Under the pieces are notes generated by a model, which saw only the letters and a list, made by a program, of their open reading frames with translations, was not told the DNA's origin and did no database searches. DNA of 64,000 nucleotides from an uncultured cyanobacterium (GTDB lineage: Bacteria; Cyanobacteriota; Cyanobacteriia; PCC-9006; JAAUQQ01): NCBI GenBank assembly GCA_963718615.1, contig OY970368.1, positions 256,001 through 320,000 on the forward strand, given 5' to 3'. Position 1 is the first letter of the stretch. Each line of letters starts with the position of its first letter. This document shows, one piece after another, positions 63,310 through 64,000 of the stretch. The translations under genes and the position numbers were made by a program.

Positions 63310-64000
63310 CTGGGATGACGCTGCTGTGGGTGAACAGAAGGGCATCGTAGTCGTTGAGGTCATGTTGTTGGACATTCACGGTGGGGAATTCGAGTTTGGT
63401 GAGCAACTGAAAATGGAGTCTGAGCCTTGAGAGGGTGAGGGTTTTGGCCTCAATCTCTGGGAAGAGGTAGTCAGCGACCGCCGCTTCCTTGTTTTGGGTC
63501 GCCGCAATATAGAGGGCTTCGACCATGAGCACGGCGGCAGAATCAAGCTCAAAGCCAGCCTGGAGCTGTTTCCAGAGTTGGTGATAGCGCTCATTGGGCA
63601 GGAGGTCCTCTCGCCAGGTGCTGTGGAGGAAGGCCAAGGGCTTTTTGCGCAACCCTTCGATGACATGGTGATAGTCCACCGAGCGGGCGCGCCGCTTGTC
63701 CTTGTCAGTAGAACGAATCCGTTTCAACCTGAACACTTCATGGCCTTCGAGGTAGCCCATCAGGCGGTTGTGGTGCAGATGCACTTCCAGGGACCGGCCA
63801 ATTAAGCGAGACGGCACGCTGTAGAGCATGCAGCGGATATCAATCGTGCTGTTGCTGCTCACCTTGGCGGTGAGGAGTTCGTAGTCCGCAGCCCGGTATT
63901 TGGGCAACGCCTGGAGATGCGCTTTCTCATGCTCATACTTATCCTGATGCTGGGCATTGAGCTTGGCCACACAGTCATTGAGCAGGTCTTGATAGTCGCT
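63029..64000 (-). CDS. istA: IS21 transposase IstA, C-terminal part (partial)
   Basis: EKAHLQALP, KVSSNSTI....YSVPSRLIG, VDYHHVI..LRKKP.AF. Confidence 0.88.
   Translation of the reverse strand, partial: SDYQDLLNDCVAKLNAQHQDKYEHEKAHLQALPKYRAADYELLTAKVSSNSTIDIRCMLYSVPSRLIGRSLEVHLHHNRLMGYLEGHEVFRLKRIRSTDKDKRRARSVDYHHVIEGLRKKPLAFLHSTWREDLLPNERYHQLWKQLQAGFELDSAAVLMVEALYIAATQNKEAAVADYLFPEIEAKTLTLSRLRLHFQLLTKLEFPTVNVQQHDLNDYDALLFTHSSVIPDAEPELVSTGAEPLPKPQRSAQAPALIPYAQPLGDLGAASHARDLVLRAISLGPVPTRNRPPQGFAPPKSHHRSSTAQRQNGFQFRLDTPAPG

Larger units (their letters stand above)
62363..64000 (-). mobile_element. IS21-family element (runs off the window edge)
   Basis: TGTCAAGAC terminus at 62363 with a subterminal repeat at 62447; istA and istB ORFs. 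Confidence 0.9.

Overview
A cyanobacterial chromosomal window, judged from abundant HIP1 GCGATCGC sites and from ccmP, ndhB, ccsA, PEP-CTERM and Uma2 genes. The housekeeping backbone holds a CBS protein, ccmP, a basic amino-acid ABC transporter, moeB, map-rplS-trnW-trnD-gltX, tilS, gcvP, ndhB, topA, hpnH, ccsA and a comM-like ATPase. It is interrupted by accessory segments: (1) PEP-CTERM genes; (2) an ATPase-TPR gene next to tRNA-Arg; (3) an HPPD-family dioxygenase paired with a stand-alone A-T-TE NRPS-like gene whose A domain lacks the amino-binding Asp; (4) a collapsed type I R-M locus; (5) a probable decayed integron with attC-like sites, an intI-like box II relic and an intact ABC-ATPase/Toprim-like candidate defence pair; (6) a tandem pair of related Uma2/MmeI-remnant units with different cargo genes; (7) a sulfotransferase-DUF1214-DUF1254 operon followed by an IS4 interrupted by an IS21. 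A pattern not explained by these features is a G/T-rich to C/A-rich strand-composition flip centred on HIP1 sites and on variable loci, seen by eye and not computed. Four single-base frameshifts in short base runs, one of them in ndhB, suggest assembly indel errors.
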